Shown: positions 41,008 through 55,200, numbered from the stretch's first letter. The stretch is 64,000 bases of DNA from Octopus vulgaris (GCA_951406725.2 OX597831.1:15872001-15936000); one strand, 5' to 3'. The notes: generated by a model not told the origin, from the letters alone. Numbers and translations are program-made.

Positions 41008-44000
41008 CGACGGGTTTCTTTCTCTTTCCATCTACATAATCCACTGACAATGCTTTGGTCAGCCCGAGGCTATAGTTGTAGACACTTGCCCAAGCTGCCA
41101 CACAGTGGGATTGAACTCGGAACCATGTGCTTTGTCAGCAATCTACTTACCACTCAGCCATTCCTAAGCCCGTATATTTTCTTCACCTCCACCACTACCA
41201 ACGACACAATCAACACTAAGAATAAGAATAATACGTACAAGCATTCTAAAGTATATGTTGGTCTTGGAATGTTAGCTTTCCTTATATCCATGCAATTTCC
41301 TTCGGCGAATCTGTGGCACTCGGAATCCACAGCATCAGCTAAAATATTTATTTATTGAGTTATTAATAATTAGTGATGCATATACTGGGTGTGTAATCAT
41401 TATGTTTAAAACAGAAAGCGAAAACAAAACGAAAATACCGAAGAGTTAACATTGAGCTAAATTCGGATTCCTATATTCTCAGTAAGCAATTATAAATGTT
41501 TGACGAATGATATCAACGTTGTTCTGCTTCCGTTATAACTTCACATGTGACGATGTGGTACAATTATTTGGTGATTCTTTACTGCAAAATATCTGGAAGG
41601 TGAACATTTTTAATCATTTGTCATATTCTTTTATTCTGTTATTTGTTTAAGTCATTTGAGTTCACCCATGCCGGAGCAGCGCCTTTAGTCGAGCAAACCG
41701 AACCCTGGAGGAGAATAAGATGAGAGGGAAGAACGAGATGAGAAAAAATAGAAGCAATCAGGGAAGAAAAGGAAAATATATCCAAGTGTGCCAACCAAAG
41801 CCGAGGCCGTCAGAGCAGAGGCCGAAGAAAGCGTCAAAAAGAGTGAAAGAAGAGAGGCAATTAGCAGCCATCAACACACAAGATACAGAATTAATGAGAG
41901 AACTAAAGAAGAATAAAAAAACACAAACGGGAAATTACAAAAATTATGACATTTATGATGGAGATCTAAAAAGCCAGTCAATCTGGAAAAACAAATTCAG
42001 GCAAACTGTCGGAACAATGTGGATGGATATTCATTGTAGTTTGAATGATTTACCGGAACCCATCCCTCGATCGAAAACATGAAGCGGTAGAGACTCCCCC
42101 ATCCACGTTATACCACGAAGAGTTTAAAAACCAATGGCGAGTCATTATGGCTATTCCCATCGGTTGTGTAAATGTACGTGGCCTGATGTCGAGCTGGAAT
42201 CAAGGACTCTTCCTAAATGATATCAGGTCTCCTGATTTGGATGTAATTCTTGCTACAGAAACCAGTTTGAAAGGAACAAGAGATCTATTCCCTCTGCTGA
42301 ACGGCTACGAGAAATACGTTTCTCCGTGTCGGTCGACAAGTGGGGACGAGGTGTTGGTCCTATTAAAAAGAAACAGTGTTTTGGAGAAAAGGTTGATTTC
42401 TTTTCTGATCCAGATGGTAGGCTGTGCATTTTGAACTTGAATTTCAATTGTGTCTAGACTATCAGGTTGGTGGTAATATATGCACCTAATATTTCTAGTC
42501 AAAAAGTGAATATTTGCGTGACCTAGAGAAGTTTGCTTGGAGATTTTAATACAATCTGCGATGAACGCGTGGATTATGTTGGCTCGACAGCCGATACAAT
42601 ATGTCCTGGCTTCGGGGATCCACTAAGCTATTTTCAGCTAGCAGATCCATATAGGCTGGTCATGGTCTAACAGCCACGAGTCGTTCAGAACGTAGATATA
42701 TAGGATACTAATGAGAAAAGTAGTAAAAGCATAGTTAAGCGTCCACCGTTTTAACAAATCAGCTAGAGTGACCACAAGTTGGTTACTTGTAAGACATGTA
42801 AGACGCTCTATTTCCTGTCAAAGTCCGTTAAAGGGAGGATTAGATATGCTCTGACTGTTGATGCTCAAATATGCGCTGACTTTGAGGCATCTCTGGATTC
42901 TTCGGGATGGTGAACGGTTGTGGTCTCTGATGGCGAAACAGATGTTTTCCTTTTTCGCTAGATTCTGTGGGCGGGAAGCCTGGTACTTTCGTAGATCATG
43001 TTTGAGTGAGAGGAATACAGAGTGTCGCAAGCCATTCCGTCGCCCGGAGTAATGCAAGCGTTGGGGGTTGTACAGGATTTTTCTGTTGAGGGTGGGTTGT
43101 GGCTGAATGTGACGATGACCTGGGTGAGACTCTGGATCTCGGGTCTGTTCAGCCTGTTTATTCGTACTTTTGGTCTGATGTTGCTGGATAACTTCCAAAT
43201 GTCTTTGGCCTGGGAATGTTACAGAAATGTGTTGCCCGTTCGAGATAAACTTGCGAGACATGGCCAATGCGACACGCCGACCTGCCCAAGATGTGGGCAA
43301 TGCAGGGAAACTGTCCCAAACTCCATTGTCCTGTGTCCGGACTGAGTCAATAATGATAATCGAGCCACCGGGTTTTCTATCAAATAAAGTTAAGAATTGT
43401 CTTCTCACCTAAGTAGCGATAGCGAAATAGGTGGTATGAAAAGCAAAGATGAGATGAATAATAATGACATGCAGTTTCATCTCTGGCCTTGCTTTACACA
43501 GGAAATTTACTTTTCACGTCAAAAGAAAAACAGCACTAAGGAAGAGGTGTCTGTCGGAGAGAATATTTCACGAAAGATGGAAATATGTAGCACGAGTGCT
43601 GCGAGTGGTTTTAAACGTGCGAATATGCCATAATTTGTCTTGAAATGTGTCAGTCGGGACAGATGGATTTGGTGCTAAACCCAAGCGTCACTCAGTTTGT
43701 TGTGTCTATTGTGGTGTAATCATTCTTCATTACATATATTATATGTCAAAGTTTTAATAGCATTTTAAATTCATTCGTATATCTGACCCTCAGATTGTAC
43801 TGTCCCCATAAATGTTGACCCCCCAGTGGGAAATAAAGAAATACTGATTGTGTTAGTGACTCTTGAATTAGCAGAAGTCGTCAATTTATTCTTACAGTAT
43901 TCGGGATTCCTCTTTCTTTCGCAATTTCCAGTGGATGTTATCCTGGAGTCAGTTTACATTTAATAATTTAAGTATATTATTTTTTATCGCATCGCTATCT

Positions 44001-44354
44001 ATAATCATATGTTCTTCATACGTTTTTTTCTGATTTTAGTTTTTTTTTATTTGAAAATATACGTATATTTTTATACCCTCGGGCTTTGGGTGCGGTATCT
44101 TAATATGCATTTATATTCTACGTTGTGAATGTATGCGTTAGATTTGAAGTTCTGTGACCAATTATGTTGATTAATTTTCAACCACAAATATATATATAAA
44201 TGTAAATTCATTTCTATGTAATCATTTAATATGTGAGTGCATCTACTGTATTTACACAGCTGATAAAAATATTATGATAAAAGAAAAATAAATTATTATT
44301 TCCATATTGCAACTTACCTGCAAAGAAAAGAGACAGGAAGAAGAGTGTTTTCAT
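37752..44354 (-). CDS. Six-Cys secreted peptide gene, copy 3 (complete, exons 44318-44354, 41239-41338, 37955-38051, 37752-37790); 90 aa MKTLFFLSLFFAADAVDSECHRFAEGNCMDIRKANIPRPTYTLECLRWIYYSFCLYDKHERVCADMFREMFRSQCRPVLSQEKDSTKQWT
   Basis: Signal exon with GCAG|gtaagt donor, 100-nt exon 2 (ttttag..gtacgt), 97-nt exon 3 (tacag..gtaatt), exon 4 after ttattag. Open frame through all junctions and the same Cys spacing as the paralogs. Confidence 0.85.
37955..38051 (-). CDS. Copy 3 exon 3 (C4-C6)
   Basis: 97 nt, catacag..gtaatt, C-x8-C-x11-C. Confidence 0.85.
39120..40660 (-). mobile_element. Decayed Tx1-like LINE in intron 2 of copy 3
   Basis: Similarity to 29124-30500 and 62000-62640; RIGCINIR-like endonuclease start near 39770-39800. 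Confidence 0.6.
40712..41165 (-). mobile_element. tRNA-derived SINE, near full length, with internal (CA)/(TA) repeats
   Basis: Minus-strand head with A box TGGCTGAGTGG and B box GAGTTCAATCC, then a ttgggcaagtgtc core. Resembles cephalopod SINEs (from recall, not searched). Confidence 0.8.
41239..41338 (-). CDS. Copy 3 exon 2 (C1-C3)
   Basis: 100 nt, attttag..gtacgt, C-x7-C-x16-C. Confidence 0.85.
41711..43842 (+). mobile_element. Internally deleted L1/Tx1-like LINE in intron 1 of copy 3
   Basis: IGCVNVRGL..DVILATET endonuclease, SDHK motif, LPVRDKL..CPRC..ET C-terminal zinc finger, AATAAA near 43832. Confidence 0.75.
44318..44354 (-). CDS. Copy 3 exon 1, signal peptide MKTLFFLSLFFA
   Basis: 37 nt, ATG to CAG|gtaagt. 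Confidence 0.85.
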
Positions 44355-44865
44355 GTCTATTCTTTTATACATTAAAATAAACGAATGGTGCAACGGCAAT
44401 CAACAGTATTATGTTGTTACATGTAATGACATGCAGTGTAACATATGCCAGGCACCAGTAAAACAATACTACGCAATTAAATTAAGCCTGTCATGTTAAA
44501 TTACAAAGCGGCAATATTTCTTTCGCCAGGATATTTAATTGTCGAATAACAATTTATTCGTGGATACAGGAACAAAAACTTACAGTTAAGCATTTATTTC
44601 TCTCTTCAGATAATTTTATAACCTAGAGTCATTAAGCTGAAGCATAGTTGCATTGTATAATCGTTATCTCCTTTTGTTATTCGGTGTTTGATATTGCAGT
44701 GCCACCGTACAGGTGCATAATATTGAAGGAGTTATTGAATACATCGACCTCAGTACTTGCTTTTTAAGTCTTTTACTGAGTCACTTGTCTCTTCAACTAT
44801 ATATTGTACTTCCCCAAATCTCCTGTATAATAGTTTAAATGAAGAAGTCAATCCCCGTAGCAACT
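44355..44865 (-). promoter_or_regulatory. Putative promoter/5' UTR of copy 3 (TATA position reads CATAATA)
   Basis: Homologous to 27072-27580 and directly upstream of the signal-peptide exon. Confidence 0.55.
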
Positions 44866-44887
44866 ACTATTATCTTTAGTAATATTA

Positions 44888-46075
44888 TACAGTAGTTTAA
44901 TTCTTATAGCGTGCTTTCACTCCAGAACCGAGCGCAGCTCTGTGAGCCTTGGGTATGTGCTGTGGTTTGCCGTGGTGCTCTTATGGTTACTATATTGAAA
45001 GTGCTTTGCGTAACATATCTGCGGTGCCCAGTAGTGCAATTTTCTGTATGTTATATATATCTGTAAATTCTGGTGGATTTCTAATATTTGCCTGAATATT
45101 ATTTATCATACCTAATGCATCTACTATGATACGAATTTTTTCTGTTTTTAGATTCCAGATTCGAGTTACCTCTCTTTCCAGATCTTTGTATTTTGAACGT
45201 GTCATCATTACTTTTACAGAAAAATTGTCATCTGCTGGTATTGATACATCTATCAGAAAGTATTTTTTCTTCATGATCTCTGACATCTTTATCCGGCGTA
45301 TTGGCCTTAATTTCTCTATCTGTGTGTATTGGCATATCCCAGAGTATGGTTGCTTTCTTGTTTTCTCTTAACTTTTCTGGTGTGTTTCTATACCATCTTT
45401 CTTCTGTTGCTATTCCCTAGTTGCTTCCAATCTATGTAGGTCCCAACTCTGTTGTGTCTGTGAATATATTCCTTCTTATCCAGGATTGAACAGCCAGAGA
45501 TAATATGATTTATTGTTTTTTTGTCCATCTCCACATATTCTGCAGTTACTTGTTATATTTCTTTTCATTATATGTTTTGGTAATTTCTGGTGGGGAGGCT
45601 TTGGTCTTGTGCTGCAATTAAAAATCCCTCTGTCTCTGCTTTGAGTCCCGAGCTCTCAACCATTGCTGGGATTTTTCTTTGTCTATTTCCTTTGAATTTC
45701 GTTTAGTCCAGTATTTACCCTGAAGGAGCTTTTCTTGCCATCGTTTCATCATGGTTCTTTGCTCTTCTTGTTTTAGTTTGGATTTCATTTGTTTTATAGC
45801 TTTTGTTGTTTCTTCTTCTTCTTTTTTTTCTTCTTCTTCTTCTTCTTCTTCTTCTTCTTCTTCTTCTTCTTCTTCTTCTTCTTCTTCTTCTTCTTCTTCA
45901 TATTTGTTAGGTGGTATGATTTCTTGTTTTTATTTGTCAGCTTCCTTAAATACTGAGAACAGTTTTTTTATTTGCTCGTGTTTTGCCGCTATTTGTATCA
46001 GTTTTCCTTGCCTCTGAAGTAGGTATTTTTGCAGTCCTATGGTGGTTATTTTATAGTATTTTTGCAGCTGTATAG
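44888..46075 (-). mobile_element. R4/Dong-like family B, decayed 3' part
   Basis: LIDVSIPADD..KYKDL and the family B 3' UTR; internal (TTC)n expansion. Confidence 0.8.
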
Positions 46076-46179
46076 TCCAACCCTTTGTCAACTATTTTTG
46101 GCTCCATGTGATGTCTTTATTTACGATAATTTTGGATAAATTTAGGAGCAGTGTTTTATCACTCTCACATGTTAAACAT

Positions 46180-46326
<147 letters not shown>

Positions 46327-49134
46327 ATTCTATGTTTGACTTTTGCTTTATGTCTGTACAAGTTGTCACCAAGTCTCACCCAGAGACCTCAAGAGACAAC
46401 AGCTTGGAAGTTCACGTTGTTGTTAAGCCTAGTGTGCAATATATAATTTTTTTTGTGTTGTACTAGTGAATGTTTAATAAATAAATAAAAAAAAATATTT
46501 GTTTTAAACTTTGAGATCACAGAGAGTATTTTGCGTAGGATATGAGTAGTTCCCATGAGCACTATCTTTTGAATTTCTGCTATTTTGGGGTTTCCTGGTA
46601 TCTGAGTAAGGTAGAAATCAGCCCCTTTCGCTATCATTCCCAGGGCACCTATGACAACAGGTATTGTTTTAGTCTTCAGGTTCCACATGTTGCTGATTTC
46701 TATTTCAAGATCTTTCTATTTGCTCAGTTTTTGGTAGGTCTTGACAGATACGTTTACATCGATTGGGACAGTCATATCAATGAGGAGGCATGTTCTTTGT
46801 TTGAAGTCTTTCAATATGATGTCTGGCCTATTTGCATCTATCTTTCTGTCAGTTTGAATGGTGAAGTTCCAGAGGAGTGAAATGTGGTCATTTTCAAGCA
46901 CTGGGGGTGGATTGTGTTCCCACCAGTTTTTTTTATGGGGCAAATGCAGGTTTTTGCAAATTACCCAGTGAATATATTGTGCAGCTCTATCATGCCTGTT
47001 GAGGTACTCTGTATGCGCTAGAAGACTGCATTTGGAGACAACATGATCAATAGTTTCATTTTGTTGTCAGTATACACGACATGTTGGGCTACTGCCGTTC
47101 TTTAATATGTTGGCCAGGTACTTTCTTGTTGGTAGGCATTGATCTTGAGCTGCTATGATAAACCCTTCTGTTTCAGATTTTAAGCCAGAGGCCATTAGCC
47201 ATTGATGGGTCAGGGATTTCTCAATATGTGCATTATTCGCTCTCTTTGGGTATTTGCCATAGAGAGGTTTTTCTTGCAATTTATTATTCAGAATATCTAA
47301 GGCCGCAGTTTTGGCACGGGTTTCCATGCGCCTAGCTGTTTCTGTGCTTGTTTCTTGTATGTCTATCTCTAATTCCGAACTTTGTTGTATTCGGAATTCA
47401 CTTAGATATCCCTTTACCTGTTTTATTACTGAGTATGATGCTTTCTTGTTTTCATGTTTTGAGACAAGTTTTAACATCCAGTCCTCAGAGTTTTTCAGGT
47501 AGGTGTCTAGGCCAAATGTAGCAATCTTCATTGTTATTGCTAGTTGCAAAAGACCATGGCCCCGTTCTTTTCTTGGCAGATAAAGTCATTCTGTATCTGC
47601 CTTAGAGTGGTGCATCCTATGCACTGTTAAAAGTTTTTTTATTGTTCTGTCGAGCTGACATATTTCAGTAATTGACCAGTTAACGATATTGAAACTGTAA
47701 GTCACGACTGGTATGGCTAATGCATCGATCGCTTCGATCCTGTTTCTTGCATTCAGCTCTGTGTTGAGTATTGCTTTCACTCTTCGATAACATTCTCTCC
47801 TGATCCTTTCCTTTATCTCTGAATGCCTTATTCCGTTCCCTTCAATTACCCCTGGGTACTTGTAGCCCTCCGCTGGGTCTAGTTCTTTTATGACATTTTG
47901 CTGGTCAAAGTTGACGTTAGTTGTTTCTGTCATTTTTCCTTTGATAAAGGTAGCTTTTGCACATTTATCGAGGCCGAATTGCATTCTGATGTCGTCACTG
48001 AATTGTTTGACTATCGCTAGTAAGCCCTTGAGTTGTTTGTCATTTTTTGCAAAGAGCTTTAAATCATCCATGTAAATGAGATGATTTATATTTTTTTCAA
48101 ACATTTTATACCCGTACTGCGCGTAATTGAGTAGTTTTGAGAGAGGTATTAAGGCTAAGCAAAAGAGGAGTGGTGATAGTGAGTCAACCTGGAAATTGCC
48201 ACATAAAATTTTTACATCACCAGCATTTAGAGATTTATTGTCACTGTTCAAATTTAGTGTGGTTCTCCATGATCTCATACGTACAGTCAAAAAGTTTCGC
48301 AGAGTAGGTGCTATCTTATACATTTCCAGGCATTTCTTAATCCAGCTATGTGGTAGGCTATCAAAAGCCTTTTTATAGTCTATCCAGGCTATTGATAAGT
48401 TTTTGTGTCGTTTGTGACGATCTTATAAGATCATCTTATTGATGAGTAGTTGATATGTACAACCGTAGGATCCACGTTTACATCCATTCTGTTCATTTGG
48501 GAATATGCTGCTGTCTGTTAAAAAACTATAAGTATATTCCGTCAGAACAGATGATAGCGTTTTATACATAGTTGTTATGCAGGTTATGGGTCTATAGTTT
48601 TTTGGTTCATTTGTTTCTTCACTTTTTGGAAGCAGGAATGTTAACCCAAGGAGGCATCCTACTAGGGTGTTGGAAAACATCATTGTACAGTTCTGTTAGC
48701 AGTTCATGGCTCTCTGGGAAGGCATTCAGCCATAAGTTAGGAATTTTATCCTTTCCTGGAGACTTCCATTTGCTTGACCTCCTGAGAGCAGATATTATAT
48801 CTTCTACCTTGACACCTCCCACTTGTGCTCTTCTAAGGGGTCCAGTTCTGTAGATATTCTGTCAAACCAGGGGGCCTTTCCGTTGTGTGTTTTTTCTTCT
48901 GCCCAAATAGTATTCCAAAATCCCTGCACTTCTTCTTTAGATGGTACAGACCTTGCAGTAAATGCTGTTTTTCCTATCTTCCTGTAAAAATTATTGGGGT
49001 TATTTTTGAACATGTTGTTGTCCTTGAAAAATCTAACACGCTTTTCATACATCGCTATGCGGGCAGGTTTGGCAGATACCTTTTGTTTGATGGTTTCTAT
49101 GGTGGCATCAACATCAAGTATAGTTTTCATATTG

Positions 49135-49135
<1 letters not shown>
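46327..49135 (-). mobile_element. R4/Dong-like family C, long decayed copy
   Basis: WKSPGKD, NYRPITC, YMDDLKLF, AAQDQCL and NRPDIIL; (TTA)n on both sides. Confidence 0.85.
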
Positions 49136-49189
<54 letters not shown>

Positions 49190-49190
<1 letters not shown>

Positions 49191-52102
49191 TTTTTTTTTT
49201 TTTTTTTCTTTCAAATTTGCTTCCATTTCTTGCCGAGTGTTTTCCCAACTCATAGGGCAAAGAAACTCATAGTATACATTGGTAGGCCATTAAACCAAAC
49301 TCAATAGTTCGTTCATTCTTTTTTTTTTATTTAAGTTAAATTAAAATACATGAGCAGCAACAGTTCTCACATCGACAATGCTCTTCTCAATACGTGTGAT
49401 GTACCAGTTAAGACAATCTTTTGCACTTCTTGCAGGGATGGTAAGCCAGGGATCATTCTCATATAATTTTCGGTTCACTTCTTGATCATTCCTAGTGCTC
49501 CTACGATCACTGGTATTGTAACCGCCTTGAGATGCCACATTTTCTCAATTTCAATGAGTAGGTCTTTATATTTTCTGAGCTTGTCAAACTCTTTCGCTGA
49601 GATATTATGATCACAGGGGATGCTCATGTCGATCAATAAGCAAACTTCATTGTTTTGGTCTTTCACAACAATATCTTGTTTATTGGCCTTGATGGTTCGG
49701 TCTGTATGTACTGGAAAGTCCCACAGTATGGTTACATTTTCTCCTTCAGTTACAGCCTCAGGGTGGTGATTATACCACTTGTCGGCAGTTTTGATATTGT
49801 AATGCCGACTTATTAGCCAGTGTAGATATTGGCCAACTCTGTCATGTCTTAATTTATACTCCACTGGTGCTAAGACTTTACACCCAGAGACTAGGTGGTC
49901 CACTGTTTCAATCATGTCGTTGCAGAATTGGCATTTTGGGTCTGCTCCATTTTTCATCACATTGGCCTGGTAGTTCCGGGTTAATAGGCTTTGAGCAGCC
50001 AGGATGAAACCTTCGCTCTCTGCTTTTAGCCCTGACCTCCGTAGCCACTGATAGGTTTGCTTCTGGTCAACATCAGCTTGTTTGCTGCGGGTCACATATT
50101 TGCCGTGCAGAGGTTTCTCATCCCACCTATCAGCCAATTGCTCGTGTGCTTTTTTCTTTGCCATCATTTTCACCTTCTTTGCAACAATAGCTGCCGTACT
50201 TCCCTCGGGTTGTTCAGTTTGGGTATCCTGCACGAGACGAATAGCAACTTTTTTGCTTTCCTTTATAATAAAATGAAGCTTCTTTCGTATCTCGTGATTT
50301 TCCACGAGCTTTAGCATCCAGTCATTCGATATTTCGAGATATTTGGCCAGTCCAATTCTGGTTGTTTTGTAAGCTAGTTCAAATTGGATCAGACCTCGAC
50401 CTCCTTGGGCACTGGGAAGGTAAAGGCGATCTACGTCTGCCTTTGGGTGGTGCATCCTATTACAACTCAGCAGCTTGCGTATTTTCCTATCTATATTCTT
50501 TACTTCACTCATATTCCAGTTCAACACAACTGGAACTGCTAAGGAATTTATAGCTAACACCTTGTTACGTGCATTTAGTTCAGATTTCAGGACTGCACGA
50601 TCTCTCCTATAACATTCCTTACTGATCTTCTCTTTCATGCTTGCATGCTGAATACCAGCGCCTTCATTTATCCCTAAATATTTGTATATTTGTTCTTGCT
50701 CAAGCTCTCTTATGACTGTGTCAACATCTAGCACGACTGAATTTGTGGTCTTCACTTTCCCTTTCTGGAAAGTGGCCTTGGCACACTTCTCAAGTCCAAA
50801 CTCCATCCCGATATCATCGCTGAATGCTTTCACGGTGCGCAATAGGCCTTCAAGTTCATTATTGTCTTTACCATAGAGTTTTAAGTCATCCATATAAAAT
50901 AGATGGCTTATTCTTTTATTGACAATTTTATACCCACACCCTGTTCTGTTTAATTCACTTGTAAGGGGTATTAGGGCTATGCAGAATATTAAAGGTGAAA
51001 GTGAGTCACCTTGAAAAATTCCACAGTTGATGTTTATATTTTCTGAGGCAAGTACACCATTAGAGTGGTATAACTGGAGATTTGTATTCCACAACGACAT
51101 ATTGTGCTTCAGGAAGTTTGAAATCACAGGGGAAATTTTGAAGATGTCCAGTGATCTCAAGATCCATGGATGCGGTATACTGTCGAAGGCCATTTTATAG
51201 ACAATCCATGCAGTGCTGAGATTTCTGCGCTTGTTGTGACAGTTCTCAAGAATCATACGATTAATTAGCAGTTGATCTTTGCATCCGTAAGAGCCTCGGC
51301 GGCACCCTTTTTGTTCAATGGGGAAAATATCGTTCTTCTCCATGAATGCATGTTTTCTCCGCCAGGATAGATGTTAGGATTTTATACGTGGTGGATAGAC
51401 AGGTTATAGGCCGATAGTTTTTTGGAAGGTTGGTTTCGTTATTCTTTGGGATTAGGTAAGTAATGCCACTTGCTAACCATTCAGGTGTTTTCTTTGGGTC
51501 TCTCATAATTCCATTGAGCAGCTGAACTAGATTACCGTGTGCGCATGGGAGCGAAGCGAGCCAGAAATTCGGCACCCTTTCTTTACCGGGGGATTTCCAA
51601 TTATGGGCTTTCGTGAGATGCCTTTCTTAGGTCTGCTATTGTGATGTCTTCCCATGCTTGTTGTTGTAAATTTTGGTAGGAACCTTCAGTTTGCATAATC
51701 CAGTCTGCATTTATGTTGTACGTCTTCTTGTCACTCCAAATCCTTTTCCAAAAGTTTTGAACTTCTTCCATGGGTGGGAGGTCTTTAACGGTTACTTTCT
51801 CCTTCCCTATTTCTCTGTAGAATTTTTTGGCATTGGATGTGAACAGCTTATTTTGCTTGTAAAACTTGTTTCTCTTCTCAAATCTTCGTATTCTTTGGGC
51901 TTTTGCTTGGACTTTTTGTTTCAGCGTTTCTTTTATTGATATCAGTTCTTCTCTTGGTGAGGATCCAAATTTTCTCTTCATTTTTCTTCCTGTTCTGGAT
52001 CTTACATCATTTCCACATATTAGTTCATTTAATATTGATATTTCCCCTCTCATAAATTCAATCTCTTTTTCAATTATACTTCTCCAGGTTTGATTTCTTG
52101 AT
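49190..52102 (-). mobile_element. R4/Dong-like family A, longest copy (622-aa RT-ZnF-endonuclease ORF 49475..51343), non-functional
   Basis: IFQGDSLSP, YMDDLKLY and CQFC..DHLVSGC. The endonuclease PD reads QD and there are upstream frameshifts near 51340 and 51600. Confidence 0.88.
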
Positions 52103-52275
<173 letters not shown>

Positions 52276-55200
52276 CCGAATACTTAAACGTACGTAACGA
52301 CTTAATATATAGAGGAGAGGCCCATCACCTACTTGGGACACACGGATACGAAATGTTGCAATGTAAGGGTGTGGACAATTGTAAATAGTAAAGAAAAAAT
52401 ATAACCAATTTCATCCAGGAAGACAATTCAAAACTCCCCATAGAAGCATGACGCACGATACACTAACACGAACAACAATCTCCACTGTTCTCCCCAATCC
52501 ACCATCACTAAAAGAATCACCACCACCAACAACTACAACGGCAACATCTCCAAGTTCACCTCTATTACCGGCATCAGCATCAAAACAGACAACATGCCAA
52601 ACACATCCGAACCTTCGTCTGCAAAAACAACAAAGGCAAATACACCAGAAAGACAGAAACTTGATGCACTACAAAGCAATATACATACACAACAAATATT
52701 TACTCCACTCTATGCATAAGCCAAAATATATTCACAAGTTAAAAATAGAAATTCCCCGAAGCAAGCGGCACTACCGAGGGATTCTATCGAAGGATTTATG
52801 TTCTCAGCAAAGCACCCAGAACTTTGCACAAGGACTCGACTCAAGAATTGAGCAACCAATTGATATTAGTCGTATCTAAGGTACATTCAAGATGAATAAG
52901 GAATGGAACTGTATAGATGAAATTGAAGAGCTGGGATTAGAGACAGGAATTAAATAAGAAAAATTACAATATGACGAGATCTTTCCCAGTTTTGAGACAC
53001 TTTACTCAACATGGTTTCACTCAGAATAGACAGTATAAACGTACATGGACAGTTTTACCGTTCTGGAAGCAGGGCCATCTGCACAACGACCTCACATCGT
53101 CGAACTTACTTGTGCTAGCCATCAACAAGTGCAAAATTTGGGAGGTACAAGCCTTCGCACTCAATTTCAGCAATGACGAGGCGTACACATCTCCGAGATA
53201 TGGAAGCGGTGTCACTCTGATATTTCGGAAACGCTTGGTTCTCATAAGACGGACATTCTTCCTACATGGCTTCATTCAGAATAGACAGTATAAATGTACA
53301 TGGACTGTTGCCGTTCTGGATGCAAGGCCACCTCTACAACGACCCCACGTCTTCTAACATGTGCTAGCCATCACCAAGTCCAGAATAATAATGATATAGA
53401 TTACAAGACGTGCGACTTAATCTAGGCTGAAAATTATCAGCGTAAACCAGTGGGGATCCAACGTGACATGAACGCCTAGATTGCTCCTTACACGTCCCCA
53501 AAACACCAATAAGGAGGAGCAGAATTATTATACGATGCATTAAAAACTATAAATTTATTTCTTTTCGTTGTATTGTAATTTTTCTTACATAATTCCTGTC
53601 TCTAATCCAATCTCTTCAATTCCTTCTTTACAGTTCCATTCCTTATTCATCTTGAATGTACTTTAGATACGATTAATATCAATATTAGTCGTATTGAAAT
53701 GTTTAAACCAGAACATCACTTATGCAGTGATTATGTGTTCAATTTACCGTTTTAGTTACCGTTTTATATATATATATATATATACATATACATACATAAA
53801 TTTGTAAGCTAAAGCAAAATCTTGTAAAGTACGGAGAAGCGTGTCCACATAGGTCTTTATAGAATAATAACTATAATAATTATAATATACACACGAAGGA
53901 GAGCTAGTCTGAAAATGATGAGCCTAAACCAGTTCCGGTCGAACGCCTAGATTGCTCCGTGTGCGTTCCATAAACCCAAATAAACCACCCAACAGTTTTT
54001 ACCCAATTAATTTAAAAGTATAAATATACACACAGCCCTCGATTTCCACTTGCAAGCGTCTGTCGAATCGGGACCAAATTTCCCATGCAGTGGGACTGAA
54101 ACCGCACCCACATGTGTAGTTCAAATGCACCCTTGTCAACACTCACTAACGTCCGCAATTGTGTTGAAATTTATTTGCATTGGCCTGATCATAAAGTTTA
54201 GGTTTTGTCTTTTGTAAAAAATTCCATAGAATTTTTTAAAATTTCTCCCACACTAGTTTACTTGGTAAATTGCGCCGTAAGCGCTATCTTTTGTGATTCT
54301 AACAATGTTAACCTGTGGAGTAATATGGCCGTGCAGACAGGAGATTGTGGCATTATATCCTGGTCACCGAAAATATATTCGTACAATGTTACATAAATCA
54401 CATCGTTTCTTCGAGTTTCACATACAAAGTCAGCTTTTATGTCAGAGGAAATTATTTGAGACAAAAGTTTAAATGGGATCTACATACGTCAACTTCCAGA
54501 TATACAGGATTTTAATGCCTTTCACACAAACATAGGATCTAACAAGTTGAAGTTAAAGCACTGCAAACAATAGCGTCTAGCAATCTCCTTGCATCTACTT
54601 AAGAGTAGAAATGAAAATTAAATAAAGATTTTTCTTGCTACAAAATTATTGCCTAACATTTAAAAGATTAATGTCCCAAAGTTACTCATTTCGTGATAAT
54701 TCTTTTATCTTACAGATGAATGAGATATGAAATAAGAGGGAAACAGTTATATACGCCTTTATATATCTTTAATATTATTTAATAATGCGGAAGTTCACTG
54801 CTCAGGTTCAGAATATTCGTCAGATTTCACCAAACCTAAAACGTGACAAAAATGTGTTCAATAGTGAGTTTTTAGCAGAAGCATTTTTTTTGTTCTTTGA
54901 CATAAACCTGTTATTAGAAACCTAATATTTAAGGCGAAAGTATTTCCAACAAATTTCTGTTCGTGTTAATGTGTTTGACTCTCACATCTTGAAAACAGGT
55001 GTTTGTATGTTTATATCCCCGTATCATTCGCTACTTGACAAATGGCACCGAAAGAATAAATACTGGGGTTGTTTTCTTATGCAGAACCATTAAAAGTGGC
55101 ACCCCGAACATAAACCGCAATCCTACGAAAGAAACATGCCAATATGAAAAAGGAACGTACATCTACATTTCTGTGCTAACGTTGCTGTGCAGTTCTTATA

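Noticed and set aside
41090-41165. tRNA gene
   Set aside because: The A/B boxes belong to a SINE head; no complete cloverleaf is evident.
49475-51343. Active retrotransposon or domesticated RT gene
   Set aside because: Upstream frameshifts, a 5' end lost in a microsatellite, and altered motifs (endonuclease PD to QD, WIDY to WIVY).
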